Below, one piece after another: positions 19,727 through 28,755 of a DNA stretch of 64,000 bases (position 1 is the first letter of the stretch; the number at the start of each line of letters is the position of its first letter). Origin of the DNA: a virus; the IMG/VR virus record IMGVR_UViG_3300046501_000246. One strand, given 5' to 3'. The notes beneath the pieces are model-generated. The model saw only the letters and a program-made list of their open reading frames with translations. It searched no databases and was not told the origin of the DNA. The position numbers were made by a program, and so were the translations under genes.

Positions 19727-20154
19727 GTAATTTCTTCGTCGCGCCTAAACGGAATGCGAACAACTACTCTGTCTGCCCCACGTTCCTGACCAACCACTAG
19801 ATTACTTGCTGTTTTAAATACTAACGTGCCAGCGCTTACTGTGGGAATATTCGTTCTTCGGTAAACTTTTCCGATAAAATCTGCTACATCATTTTGCTTT
19901 TTTGTTCCAATATCAAGAGGCGTTACTACATCAAACTGCAATATGCCAACGTGCCTATCGACTTGTCGAGTGTTGGTTAACTGAGCTTGAATAGAATCCC
20001 CATGAATGATAGAGAGACGGATGTACGTCTTATCGATTGGAGTTTCAAAGGCTTGATTTGGATATTGGATCGGCACATCTGGAAAAGCTGTGGTAAATCC
20101 AGAAGAAATTAATTTTTGCGTAATAGCTTTACGAACTTCATCTAAAGCTGACAT
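19723..20154 (-). CDS. Tail terminator protein
   Basis: Synteny; IQYPNQAFETP and GILQFDVVTP patterns. Confidence 0.7.
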   Translation of the reverse strand: MSALDEVRKAITQKLISSGFTTAFPDVPIQYPNQAFETPIDKTYIRLSIIHGDSIQAQLTNTRQVDRHVGILQFDVVTPLDIGTKKQNDVADFIGKVYRRTNIPTVSAGTLVFKTASNLVVGQERGADRVVVRIPFRRDEEIT

Positions 20155-20636
20155 TATAAACTCCCTGCTTCTAGTCGGGCCAGAACCTGTTCCATGGTGA
20201 TTCCGAACATGCCGTTGGGACTACGAGATACAAATGGATCCCCCGGTAATAGGCCTGCTTCAAGGCCAGAGACACTATCTGCGTTGTTGCTGATGTAAAT
20301 TTTAATGAATGGTTTTTCTGGATTAATAGTCAAATTCGAAAGTGACGTTTCCGCCGCTTTCTCGTTTGCTGGTCTCCTAGGTTCTACGCCTAATGGGAGA
20401 TTATTTGTCTGCCCCGTTGGTCCAGATTCTATAGGGCTATACACCGTGGATGAGGGTGTATTCAAAGTCAGAATATAATTTCTAACCGTGGTGCCCTCAT
20501 GAACCGGTGTTCTTGACATTAAAGTTTTATGCGAGTATCGTGCTATCCGATCCAATCGCTTAGCGAAGTCCTTTTTCCACTTAGGAAAATAGGCATTTAG
20601 CTGACTTTGAAATTGGGGGATATTTGATTTGAACAT
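20154..20636 (-). CDS. Neck / tail completion protein (HK97 gp10-like)
   Basis: SRTPVHEG, IYISNNA, PNGM motifs; synteny. Confidence 0.7.
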   Translation of the reverse strand: MFKSNIPQFQSQLNAYFPKWKKDFAKRLDRIARYSHKTLMSRTPVHEGTTVRNYILTLNTPSSTVYSPIESGPTGQTNNLPLGVEPRRPANEKAAETSLSNLTINPEKPFIKIYISNNADSVSGLEAGLLPGDPFVSRSPNGMFGITMEQVLARLEAGSL

Positions 20637-21007
20637 TAAGCTTTTCTACACTGAAGAATCCAGACGCTGTCACCCGGAACGCTTTTCACAATCCTGACGG
20701 TCCAACGGTGGTCTTTATCATCTAAAAAATAATCATTCTCTTTTGGCTCAACGCCATTCAAATCTTTATTCGCAATAATAAATTTTGCGTCTTTATCAAC
20801 GATAATGGAATCATTAATTTCTTCGGCCTTATATCGGGCCTTTACTGCTTTAACAACTGTCTGTGTGTCAGTGCTGATTTCCGTATCATTAACCGGATCA
20901 TATGTTACATCCAAACCTTTTGAAACATAAGTGATTTGGATGGGTATATCTCCGAGAATTTTAATTGCTGAAGAAACAAGATTATTTAGTGAACCTTTTA
21001 AGGCCAT
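20636..21007 (-). CDS. Head closure / head-tail joining protein
   Basis: Size, beta-rich C-terminus (WILQCRK), synteny. Confidence 0.65.
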   Translation of the reverse strand: MALKGSLNNLVSSAIKILGDIPIQITYVSKGLDVTYDPVNDTEISTDTQTVVKAVKARYKAEEINDSIIVDKDAKFIIANKDLNGVEPKENDYFLDDKDHRWTVRIVKSVPGDSVWILQCRKA

Positions 21008-21012
21008 GACTC

Positions 21013-21528
21013 TTAACTCCTTCTGATTTTAGCTACTGTAGTTGAGCCGCCCTTTATTCTTCCAATGCCTGTAATGAGATCATTGATATAACTAGGTACT
21101 TCGGCCAGCCTGTAACTTTTATCAAATTCAAGTTCAATTACGTCTACGACGATTTTAGTCAAGCCATCGGTTTCTTGCTCAACGGTTCTGTCATTCTCGA
21201 TCAAGAATCTCGCATATTGCGCCGTGGCTTGCTTAAGCTGCTTTGGCACGACGTTAGAAGGGATCGTAACGTTATCCCTATCAACGGTATATTTTCTAGG
21301 CCATCTCAATGCAGAAGAGGGATAGGCTTTCTGCCCATCCCAATCTGCTTTGGTGTCTAAAAGACTTGTGGCCCACGCGAGGAGATATTCTTTATTCGTA
21401 TCGCTCAGAGCTTCCCAAGCAGAATTATGGATGTTAGTAACAAGAATATCGTTAGCCTCGGATAACGAAACATAGGAAGTGGCATTCGGTAATCCGGTGC
21501 CATCCTCAACAACGAACGCGAACGCCAT
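21013..21528 (-). CDS. Head-tail adaptor (DnaT-like family)
   Basis: MAFAFVVEDGTGLPNATSYVS, ALRWPR, VPKQLKQATA. Confidence 0.8.
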   Translation of the reverse strand: MAFAFVVEDGTGLPNATSYVSLSEANDILVTNIHNSAWEALSDTNKEYLLAWATSLLDTKADWDGQKAYPSSALRWPRKYTVDRDNVTIPSNVVPKQLKQATAQYARFLIENDRTVEQETDGLTKIVVDVIELEFDKSYRLAEVPSYINDLITGIGRIKGGSTTVAKIRRS

Positions 21529-21532
21529 GATT

Positions 21533-22261
21533 TCATCCCTTTTGTTTTTCTTTATTGAAAGCGCCGACCCATTCTTTTGCATTAGCAGAACGGACAACGT
21601 CTTCTTCTGTGAATTCGACTACGGCAGGGCTTAGATCGTGTTCATAGATGATATCTATAATTTTTTCTAAACCACTATCGGGGATATCAATCTGATCAAT
21701 ATCGCCGTTGACAACCGTCAAGCTATTTTCACCAATACGAGTTAAAAATAGTTTTAAGTCTGAATAGGTGCAGTTCTGAGCTTCATCCAAAATAATGATA
21801 GCATCATTAAAAGTTCTGCCTCGCATGTGTTCAAAACTTAGGAATTCAATACGTCCTAGATTTTTTAGTTTATCAACATCGGCGGGAGAGACTTCATCAT
21901 TAAATGAAGATAGGATAGGAACAAGCCATGGTCTTAATTTGGCTTCTAGATTTCCCGGTAGAAAGCCTAGCTCGTGTCTCTTCTGAGCCACTGTAGGTCT
22001 TGCAATAATTAGTTTTTCGTATTTATTTTCGACAAGTTTTCTAATAGCAAATCGAGAGGCTAGATAGGTCTTACCAGTACCTGCGCCGCCAATGGCGAAA
22101 ACTTGTGTCTCAGTATTTAGGCATTCAAGATAAAATTTTTGGGTTTCAGTCTTAGGCGTTAAGGGCCTTTTTATTTTTTGTTCCGTTCTATTGTCTTTCG
22201 CATCCCTACGGACACGACGTTTTTCAGATTTGGTTAGTGAAGCGGAATGATCTTGAACCAC
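21533..22261 (-). CDS. phoH: PhoH-like ATPase
   Basis: GGAGTGKT Walker A, GFLPG, RGRTF, ILDEAQN, GDIDQID, VVRS. Confidence 0.95.
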   Translation of the reverse strand: MVQDHSASLTKSEKRRVRRDAKDNRTEQKIKRPLTPKTETQKFYLECLNTETQVFAIGGAGTGKTYLASRFAIRKLVENKYEKLIIARPTVAQKRHELGFLPGNLEAKLRPWLVPILSSFNDEVSPADVDKLKNLGRIEFLSFEHMRGRTFNDAIIILDEAQNCTYSDLKLFLTRIGENSLTVVNGDIDQIDIPDSGLEKIIDIIYEHDLSPAVVEFTEEDVVRSANAKEWVGAFNKEKQKG

Positions 22262-22321
22262 TAGGGGATTACCTTATTTACATTATTATTATTTTTAGTT
22301 TGGTAGTACCCGAAATTTCAA

Positions 22322-22540
22322 TTATGAACCAATTATTTTATCCTTAACAAAATCCCATAAGTAAAACCAAGCTGCTACAACGGCGGCAGCACTTAATAGG
22401 ATAGCCTTAACATAACGCATAACCACATTCATGGCTTCGTCGCGCTCAATCATTGTCATCATTCTGCGATAATCTTTCGCTCGCATCTTAACGACAATTA
22501 ATTCTTCATCTTTATATAGATCGTTATTTTCGTCTGACAT
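22322..22540 (-). CDS. Small membrane protein (single C-terminal TM)
   Basis: Hydrophobic AILLSAAAVVAAWFYLW segment. Confidence 0.65.
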   Translation of the reverse strand: MSDENNDLYKDEELIVVKMRAKDYRRMMTMIERDEAMNVVMRYVKAILLSAAAVVAAWFYLWDFVKDKIIGS

Positions 22541-22559
22541 GGCAAACAGTTAACCCCTT

Positions 22560-22593
22560 TGAAATAAAAAGAGCCACATACAATGTGGCTCTG
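22560..22593 (-). terminator. Intrinsic terminator
   Basis: AGAGCCACA-TTGTA-TGTGGCTCT followed by TTTTTATTT on the minus strand. Confidence 0.75.
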
Positions 22594-22646
22594 AGTTGTT
22601 CACCACGATATTTCATGGTAAAAATAAATTGTTATTTTTATTTTTA

Positions 22647-22997
22647 TTATGACTTTTTCTTGCGACCACGAACAGCCGGAGTAGGTGCAACTACTTCCTT
22701 GACTTCTTCGGTTTCTTCGACTTTAGAAACTTCTTCAACTTCAGATACTACTTCGTCTGGAACGACTTCTGAAATTTCTTCTTTAACTTCTTCGATTGGG
22801 GCGACCACTTCTGGTTCGGCCTCAATTACTGGTTCCGAAATTACGATGGGCTCTTGAACTTCAACAGCGAAGATAGCTGTGTCAGTGCGTGGTTTGTCGT
22901 AACTCCAACCGGCATTAACTACGAGGTCACGTGCGTTAACAGGTGAATTCTCGAACATTTCGCCAGAAGGTGCGTAAACTTTTACCAATTCAGACAT
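22647..22997 (-). CDS. Acidic Glu/Val/Pro-rich protein with basic tail (RGRKKKS)
   Basis: Typical of the gene following capsid/decoration genes. Confidence 0.7.
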   Translation of the reverse strand: MSELVKVYAPSGEMFENSPVNARDLVVNAGWSYDKPRTDTAIFAVEVQEPIVISEPVIEAEPEVVAPIEEVKEEISEVVPDEVVSEVEEVSKVEETEEVKEVVAPTPAVRGRKKKS

Positions 22998-23055
22998 TTC
23001 TCTCTTCTTTCAGGGTTTGGAAGATTAAAGTCTCATTTTATTGAGACTTTAATAA

Positions 23056-23496
23056 TTAACCAACGATAGGAGCAAGATATGCGTCGTAGTCGAGGATTGG
23101 GGTTGTACCAGCAAGTGTGGTATTGATACGGATGAAGGCAGCGTTAGAAACGAGCTTCTTAATTGTGTCCATATCAAGCAAGATGGTGTAAGCACCAACT
23201 GCGGTTACGCCAGAAAGCGTGCCAACAACTGTGTATGAACCGCCAACTAGGTTGGAAACTTCAACAGTGAAGGTGTAGGTTTCATCGCCCGTTGTGCGGT
23301 CGATTGTCTTGACGAGGATGTTTACTGCAAGAACCTGATAAGGTGTGTTACCTGAGTTCCAGTAAGCAGCGCCGTTGTTTAGAGTAATACCAGTTTCAGC
23401 AGTTGACGCCGTAATCTGAGCAGCTGAAGTAGCACGAAGTGTTACCTGAGCAGCCTTGTCAACTAGAAACTTTACTTTAGAATTCATGTTAGCCAT
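23056..23496 (-). CDS. Probable capsid decoration / minor head protein
   Basis: Beta-rich 146 aa directly after MCP; RBS AGGAG. Confidence 0.65.
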   Translation of the reverse strand: MANMNSKVKFLVDKAAQVTLRATSAAQITASTAETGITLNNGAAYWNSGNTPYQVLAVNILVKTIDRTTGDETYTFTVEVSNLVGGSYTVVGTLSGVTAVGAYTILLDMDTIKKLVSNAAFIRINTTLAGTTPILDYDAYLAPIVG

Positions 23497-23522
23497 TTTA
23501 ATTCTCCTAAATGGTTTTATTT

Positions 23523-23553
23523 AAGTCAAGTCAGAATTAATTCTGACTTGACT
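23523..23553. repeat. Perfect hairpin between MCP and decoration gene
   Basis: AGTCAAGTCAGAAT-TA-ATTCTGACTTGACT inverted repeat. Confidence 0.75.
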
Positions 23554-23572
23554 AAATTGTCTCTAGTTGATA

Positions 23573-24505
23573 TTAGAGAGTTACGTTAGCGTTCGTGATA
23601 CCCCAAACGCGGGCAGCAGCGCGACCGTGCTCGACAACCATACCGACATACCATTCAACACGTGTACGATATACAGGTGCAGTCTGAAGCTGGCCAAGGT
23701 CTTGAACGTCAATAAAGCCGTTCTGGATACCCTTGATCTTGCCGGGACCGATTGAGAGGACGTAGATAGAGCTAGAAGTAGCTGCACCACCGGGACCAGC
23801 TTCGTTGAACTGGATCATACGAGCGCCAGATTCATCGTAGTCGGCAATGAGAACTGGAAGACCGTTGTAGTAAGCAACGCGTGTACCAAATTCGTCAAGT
23901 TCGAACTGAATGTCGCCGCCGATACCTGCACGAACAGCTGTTGTAAGCTTGTTGCGCATTGTCTTTGACATTAGAAGGTGGGTAGGAGCATCAACGCGGT
24001 CAATAGCTTCGTCAAGCGCTTCAAGTGAAAGCGGTGAGTTAGCTGAAGGAGCGGTGAGGTTTGAAGGAACAAGCTGATCACCAGTGATACGCTTGCGGAG
24101 ACCGTCAAATTCTAGTTCTGAGTTAAGTTCAGAGTCACCGTTAATCATCTTGTTCATGATTGAAAGTGAAAGTGCCTTAACCTTCATTGATTCCTGTTCG
24201 GTGCGAACGTCATTACCGCGAGTAGCGATAAGGAACTTATCGACATCAAGATCACCACCAGCGATACGAAGAGCTTCGGTGCGCTGATTGATAATGCCCG
24301 TTGATTCTGTGTAAGCGCTGTTGACGCCACGGAAACCAACACCCGGAAGAGCATGCTCTTCAGAGTAGGTGTATGAACCACCCGGAATGTTTTCGAAAGG
24401 AAGAACGCGAAGAAGGTCGGCGTTCATTGCGAACATTTCAACAATAGCTGAACGCTTTACGTCGCCATCATTAATTTTATTTGCTTCTAGAAGCGTAAGT
24501 GCCAT
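23573..24505 (-). CDS. Major capsid protein (HK97 fold)
   Basis: 310 aa; LPGVGFRGVN, GGDLDVDKF, EFDGLRKR, YRTRVEWY; downstream of scaffold. Confidence 0.92.
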   Translation of the reverse strand: MALTLLEANKINDGDVKRSAIVEMFAMNADLLRVLPFENIPGGSYTYSEEHALPGVGFRGVNSAYTESTGIINQRTEALRIAGGDLDVDKFLIATRGNDVRTEQESMKVKALSLSIMNKMINGDSELNSELEFDGLRKRITGDQLVPSNLTAPSANSPLSLEALDEAIDRVDAPTHLLMSKTMRNKLTTAVRAGIGGDIQFELDEFGTRVAYYNGLPVLIADYDESGARMIQFNEAGPGGAATSSSIYVLSIGPGKIKGIQNGFIDVQDLGQLQTAPVYRTRVEWYVGMVVEHGRAAARVWGITNANVTL

Positions 24506-24657
24506 GGGAATTCTCCTTGCTAGGCCATTTTGTTATTTTTTAAAAATTCAGTTTTGGGCTGTAGTTTTTTAAAACTTGGGGAACTTCCCTAAAGATTTTC
24601 CCCGTACACAGCCGTTACGAGGAGTTTGTTTTGCCTAGAAAAGGACTTCAAAGAGAA

Positions 24658-25434
24658 TTACTTAGTACCAAGCTTCTTGTTAGCGAGCGCTAGGCGCTGC
24701 ATCGGAGAAAGCTTATTAAGTTCTTCCTTAGTCATACCGTAACCAGACTGATTACCGCCGTTAGCACCGCCACCATTGGAATCCTTAAAGAGGTAAGGCA
24801 TAGTCTTCTGAAGTGTCTTCATCCACTCTACGGGAGACATTGGCGTAGCGCCGTCTTGACCGTAAATTGTGGAGTCGCCATTCTTCGGAATGATTTTCTC
24901 ACCATCTATTTTAAACACTTTGCGAGCTTCAAGAAGGATGTGTGATTCAGCTTCGGCACGAGCACCGGACTTAGGATCATGAATGGCTGATCGAATATAA
25001 TTATCGATCTGGACGCCCTTAAGCTGATCTGTTACCGTTTCGTACTGGTTCTTCCATGTTGAACCTTCAGTCGCTAGACGACGGAGTTCTTCTTCATGGG
25101 CTTCACGCATTTTCTTTGTACGTTCTGTCAGGACTTCTTCAATCTTCCCTGATTCGGAAAGCGTTCCATCATCTACACGCTGCTTTGTCTTACGAAGCTC
25201 TTGTAGCTCTGTTACGAACTTATCAGGGTCATCTCCAACTACTTTAGAAAGTTTAGCAAGCTGAGCAGCGGCTGTTTCATGTTCCTTGGCGAGAGTAATG
25301 TTTCTCTCCCTGAATTCATCAATCTTCGTCTTGGGAACTAGATTAAGAACATATTTACCGTCGTCGCGCTTCTTTGCTTCTGTGTGTAGTTCCTCTGGAA
25401 CCTGATCAAGTAAGTCGAAAAGAAATTCTGGCAT
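24658..25434 (-). CDS. Capsid scaffolding protein
   Basis: Charged coiled coil with Gly-rich linker (PYLFKDSNGGGANGG) upstream of MCP. Confidence 0.8.
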   Translation of the reverse strand: MPEFLFDLLDQVPEELHTEAKKRDDGKYVLNLVPKTKIDEFRERNITLAKEHETAAAQLAKLSKVVGDDPDKFVTELQELRKTKQRVDDGTLSESGKIEEVLTERTKKMREAHEEELRRLATEGSTWKNQYETVTDQLKGVQIDNYIRSAIHDPKSGARAEAESHILLEARKVFKIDGEKIIPKNGDSTIYGQDGATPMSPVEWMKTLQKTMPYLFKDSNGGGANGGNQSGYGMTKEELNKLSPMQRLALANKKLGTK

Positions 25435-25529
25435 TGGTACATCTCCGATGTAGTATAAGTATTTAAAATAGAAGGTCGCTCTGCAACTCTTACCTAATCA
25501 CCTTGATTAGGATTTCGATTGGCGTAGAA

Positions 25530-25673
25530 TTACGCCTTTTCGGGTTCGTTCACTAATTCAGTTAATTTTCGCTGTGCTGCTCTTCGATCTTTAAAAGGCC
25601 CAACTCGAACTACGATATAGGACTCTTGTGTATCGGGATCAGTCTGTACTTCAGCTAAACCACTTTGTTTCAT
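25530..25673 (-). CDS. 47-aa protein with SPOR-like motif
   Basis: MKQSGLAEVQTDPDTQESYIVVRVGPFKDRRAAQRKLTELVNEPEKA; directly after promoter 25686-25714; below the ORF-track cutoff. Confidence 0.55.
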   Translation of the reverse strand: MKQSGLAEVQTDPDTQESYIVVRVGPFKDRRAAQRKLTELVNEPEKA

Positions 25674-25685
25674 TTTATGTTTCTC

Positions 25686-25714
25686 ATTATATACTAAAAA
25701 ATTAAAAAAGTCAA
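25686..25714 (-). promoter_or_regulatory. sigma70-like promoter for head genes
   Basis: TTGACT-tttttaattttttagta-TATAAT. Confidence 0.8.
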
Positions 25715-25721
25715 GAAAAAC

Positions 25722-25907
25722 CTATTTGGTCCATTTTTTATTTGTTTTTATTTTTACTTTTTCTAAGTATTCTTCTAAACTTTCAAGTTCGATGCCAAAG
25801 AAAGCATCATCCTCATCTGGCATTGATAGTTCAAATTCTTTGAGGAGGGACTCAATGTCGTCCACGTCCTCAAAGTCTGTGTCAAATTTGCTTGGTTTTC
25901 TGGCCAT
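25722..25907 (-). CDS. Small acidic hypothetical protein
   Basis: ORF overlapping the portal 3' end. Confidence 0.55.
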   Translation of the reverse strand: MARKPSKFDTDFEDVDDIESLLKEFELSMPDEDDAFFGIELESLEEYLEKVKIKTNKKWTK

Positions 25908-27501
25908 TGGTACTATTCTTATTTACTTTATTCTGTTGAGCCGTGAAACTTTGCGTCATCTGTAGTTGGGATTGAGCCGCGCTGCGGTCCTTGGCATTCT
26001 CTTCTACCTCAATCTTAGTTGCTGCGTCTGGATAGCCTTCCTGACGTGCTTCGAAGTCTGGATCGTTCGGGAACTGTTCTGAATTCTCAAGCATGCTCTT
26101 AAATTCTTCTACGTCGAGGCCGTCTGGAATAATGTCGGTCTTTTGCAGAATGTCGAAAAGAACATCGATAGGGATGATGTTATCTTGATACATCATTGTG
26201 AATGCTCTAAACTCGCGAGCATCAATCTGAGCGAATAGGAAGTCGCGGTTAACTTCGACCTTAGTTTCTAATGTGTCTAGGTCTTCGTTCTGCCAATACA
26301 TCCACCAAGAAAGTAATTTTGTAAAACCCTCATTTAGAACGGTTGTTACGTTTAAGAGAAGAGACATTTCGTTCTTCTCTTTTACTTTGACAAGGTTGTC
26401 AGATTCTGCGACAGCAGTTGACTTGGTGCCAAGCATTCTGCCACCCATGGCAGAGATATTAGATTCTTTCTCGTCTAAAGCTTTTTCAAGATAAATAAGA
26501 CCTTGGCCATTGTATTCTGCAATGCCGGGAGCCTTATCGCCTTCGTACTCCCAAACGACATTGGGGCCGACGACATAATCGCCACCCTTATCATTTGCGT
26601 TCTTTACTTGGACGTGATAAATTGGAATCGCGGTGTAGAAGCGGCCATGCTCTAATTGAGCAACGGAACGGTAGTGGCTTAAGTTCATTAAACCAATATC
26701 GAGGAGGGGTGGCTTTTCTACTTGGGGATTATTGGAAAGCGTTCCGAAAAATACAAACGGAATAAAATCAAATGGGACACCGAGACGCTTTGGCTCAATG
26801 ACTTCAGGTTCTTCTTCTGTGACCAATGCCAGATTAAAGAACTTAGTTCTGTAGACGTACTGACGGTACACGCCGTCATCATCAAGACTTAGCTTGCGGT
26901 AAACGGCTTTGTAGCGGAGCGTGGTGGTACGAAGCTGAGATGCAGAGGATTCTCTGTCTTCTTCGATCTCGCGTAGCAGGACTTCCTTGAGGACGTAACG
27001 GCCATTCTTTTCTACGACGGACCAGTCCAGAATATTCTCTGCAATGTAATTAACAAAGAAAGGTGTTCCTGCACCAGCCTTATCCATGTCAAGAAGAACG
27101 CCGACGCGGCCCACATCAAAGATTTGATTAGCTGTGTCACGAATAAACGTGTTTAGTGACGTGCCATCTTTAGCGATGGTTTTAACGGATTTTTCAAATT
27201 GTGGGGGAAGGTTTTTTACTTTTGGTTCGCGTCTGAAAATTGTGCCGACTAGGCCATTCGACGTGCGAGATGTCATATTATAAAAATATGCGCGATCCAA
27301 GAATGCGGCATATTCACTTGGGTCTTGCGCTTCCATTCTCGGAAGATACAAAGTACCCTTCTCTTTAACGGCGATTTCACCAAGAAGCGTGTCCCTCATG
27401 GTTTCCCACTTGGAACGCCAATAGTTGTATTCAGGGTGAACCTGAACACTTTCTTGGCCGACAGCCGTAACAACTTGTAGGTTTTTATCGTTAATTGCCA
27501 A
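25882..27501 (-). CDS. Portal protein (DUF4055-type)
   Basis: YLPRME, AAFLDRAYFYNMT, PPLLDIGLMNLSHYR; upstream of scaffold/MCP. Confidence 0.9.
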   Translation of the reverse strand: MAINDKNLQVVTAVGQESVQVHPEYNYWRSKWETMRDTLLGEIAVKEKGTLYLPRMEAQDPSEYAAFLDRAYFYNMTSRTSNGLVGTIFRREPKVKNLPPQFEKSVKTIAKDGTSLNTFIRDTANQIFDVGRVGVLLDMDKAGAGTPFFVNYIAENILDWSVVEKNGRYVLKEVLLREIEEDRESSASQLRTTTLRYKAVYRKLSLDDDGVYRQYVYRTKFFNLALVTEEEPEVIEPKRLGVPFDFIPFVFFGTLSNNPQVEKPPLLDIGLMNLSHYRSVAQLEHGRFYTAIPIYHVQVKNANDKGGDYVVGPNVVWEYEGDKAPGIAEYNGQGLIYLEKALDEKESNISAMGGRMLGTKSTAVAESDNLVKVKEKNEMSLLLNVTTVLNEGFTKLLSWWMYWQNEDLDTLETKVEVNRDFLFAQIDAREFRAFTMMYQDNIIPIDVLFDILQKTDIIPDGLDVEEFKSMLENSEQFPNDPDFEARQEGYPDAATKIEVEENAKDRSAAQSQLQMTQSFTAQQNKVNKNSTNGQKTKQI

Positions 27502-27533
27502 TGTATTAAACTTTATTATTTATTATTACATTG

Positions 27534-27562
27534 ACTATATCATACAAAAATTAAAATGTCAA
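27534..27562 (-). promoter_or_regulatory. sigma70-like promoter for portal
   Basis: TTGACA-ttttaatttttgtatga-TATAGT. Confidence 0.75.
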
Positions 27563-27602
27563 GCTAAAAATTAAAAAAGTACAAAAATTCAGAAGGAAAA
27601 AA

Positions 27603-27809
27603 TTAATCTTCTTTCCAAACGATTTCTACTACGCCATGCAGGACGAGAAAAGTATCCCTGCCTGCTGTATGCCAGTCCCATACTACAACATACCCAAATT
27701 CTATGTCTGCGTAATGAACGGCTTCTTTAAGAACATTGCCGTCTAACTTTACTTCTTTTACCTTATTGGCTAACTCATTTCCGGCACGAAGGAATTTTAT
27801 TCCATCCAT
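27603..27809 (-). CDS. Hypothetical protein
   Basis: Start moved to the ATG outside tRNA-Leu. Confidence 0.55.
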   Translation of the reverse strand: MDGIKFLRAGNELANKVKEVKLDGNVLKEAVHYADIEFGYVVVWDWHTAGRDTFLVLHGVVEIVWKED

Positions 27810-27830
27810 TAAATTAATTCCTTTGAAATT

Positions 27831-27913
27831 TGGTACGGGTAGAGGGACTTGAACCCCCACGCTTGCGCGCCAGAACCTAAATCTGGTGTGTCTGCCAATT
27901 CCACCATACCCGC
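27831..27913 (-). tRNA. tRNA-Leu(TAG)
   Basis: Cloverleaf, CCAGA-TTTAGGT-TCTGG, long variable arm, CCA. Confidence 0.95.
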
Positions 27914-27916
27914 ATA

Positions 27917-27992
27917 TGGTAGCTCCTGCTAGGATCGAACTAGCGCATGTCAGGATGTAAACCTGATGCCTTAACCGCTTGGCGAAGGAGCC
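27917..27992 (-). tRNA. tRNA-Val(TAC)
   Basis: TCAGG-TTTACAT-CCTGA, A73, CCA; the body resembles tRNA-Glu/Gln. Confidence 0.85.
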
Positions 27993-28011
27993 GTATTAAA
28001 TTTTAAATGTT

Positions 28012-28087
28012 TGGACCGTCTTCCTTGAGTTGAACAAGGGTATCGCGATCCACAATCGCGCGCTCTAACCAATTGAGCTAAAGACGG
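28012..28087 (-). tRNA. tRNA-His(GTG)
   Basis: CGCGA-TTGTGGA-TCGCG; U73; A rather than G at -1. Confidence 0.9.
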
Positions 28088-28093
28088 TTGATT

Positions 28094-28167
28094 TGGTTCA
28101 GGATGATGGATTCGAACCACCATAACGAGTACCAAAAACTCGCGCCTTGCCATTAGACGAATCCTGA
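28094..28167 (-). tRNA. tRNA-Gln(TTG)
   Basis: CGAGT-TTTTGGT-ACTCG, CCA. Confidence 0.93.
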
Positions 28168-28173
28168 TAGTTA

Positions 28174-28256
28174 TGGTGGACGTAGATGGAGTTGAACCAC
28201 CAAGCCTTAAGGACCGGAGCTACAATCCGGCGGGCCTGCCAATGCCCAATACGTCC
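28174..28256 (-). tRNA. tRNA-Tyr(GTA)
   Basis: CCGGA-TTGTAGC-TCCGG, variable arm, CCA. Confidence 0.92.
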
Positions 28257-28263
28257 AAATTAT

Positions 28264-28650
28264 TTAAACTTCAACGTCGGAATACTTTTCCTTAAGCTTC
28301 TTCAGTTGTTCTAATTCTTTATTCCTAGCCTTATCGGCTTTCTTCTGCGCCGCTGCTTGATTTTTACGTTTAGCTTCAGCTTTGCGTTCCAGTTCCGCCT
28401 TCGCGGCTCGCTCAACCTCATCCTTAATGGATTTGATTGCTTGTAGCGCGCCACCTTCAGGCTCACGCACCAAAACGTATTGCTGAGAATGCTTATTAGC
28501 TTCCTGAAGAATGTGTAGATTATTTTTAATGTATTCAAAATCTTCTTCAGTAATTTCTTCCCAATCAGAGATACCTTGGGTCAAAACTTGATTATCATAG
28601 TAATCATCAATGAAGACATTTATATACGTGAACAGTTTAACTTTTACCAC
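28264..28650 (-). CDS. Hypothetical protein with basic coiled-coil C-terminus
   Basis: RBS AGGAGG, GTG start. Confidence 0.7.
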   Translation of the reverse strand: MVKVKLFTYINVFIDDYYDNQVLTQGISDWEEITEEDFEYIKNNLHILQEANKHSQQYVLVREPEGGALQAIKSIKDEVERAAKAELERKAEAKRKNQAAAQKKADKARNKELEQLKKLKEKYSDVEV

Positions 28651-28681
28651 GATAACCTCCTTATAATTTAGAAGTAGATAG

Positions 28682-28755
28682 CTTGGGCCGCAGGATTCGA
28701 ACCTGCCATAATCTCATTAACAGTGAGACGCCTCCACCGAGTTGGCTTGACCCAA
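28682..28755 (-). tRNA. tRNA-Asn(GTT), no encoded CCA, acceptor stem extended by flanks
   Basis: TCTCA-CTGTTAA-TGAGA; G73 then CTA; 17-bp flanking inverted repeat. Confidence 0.8.
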
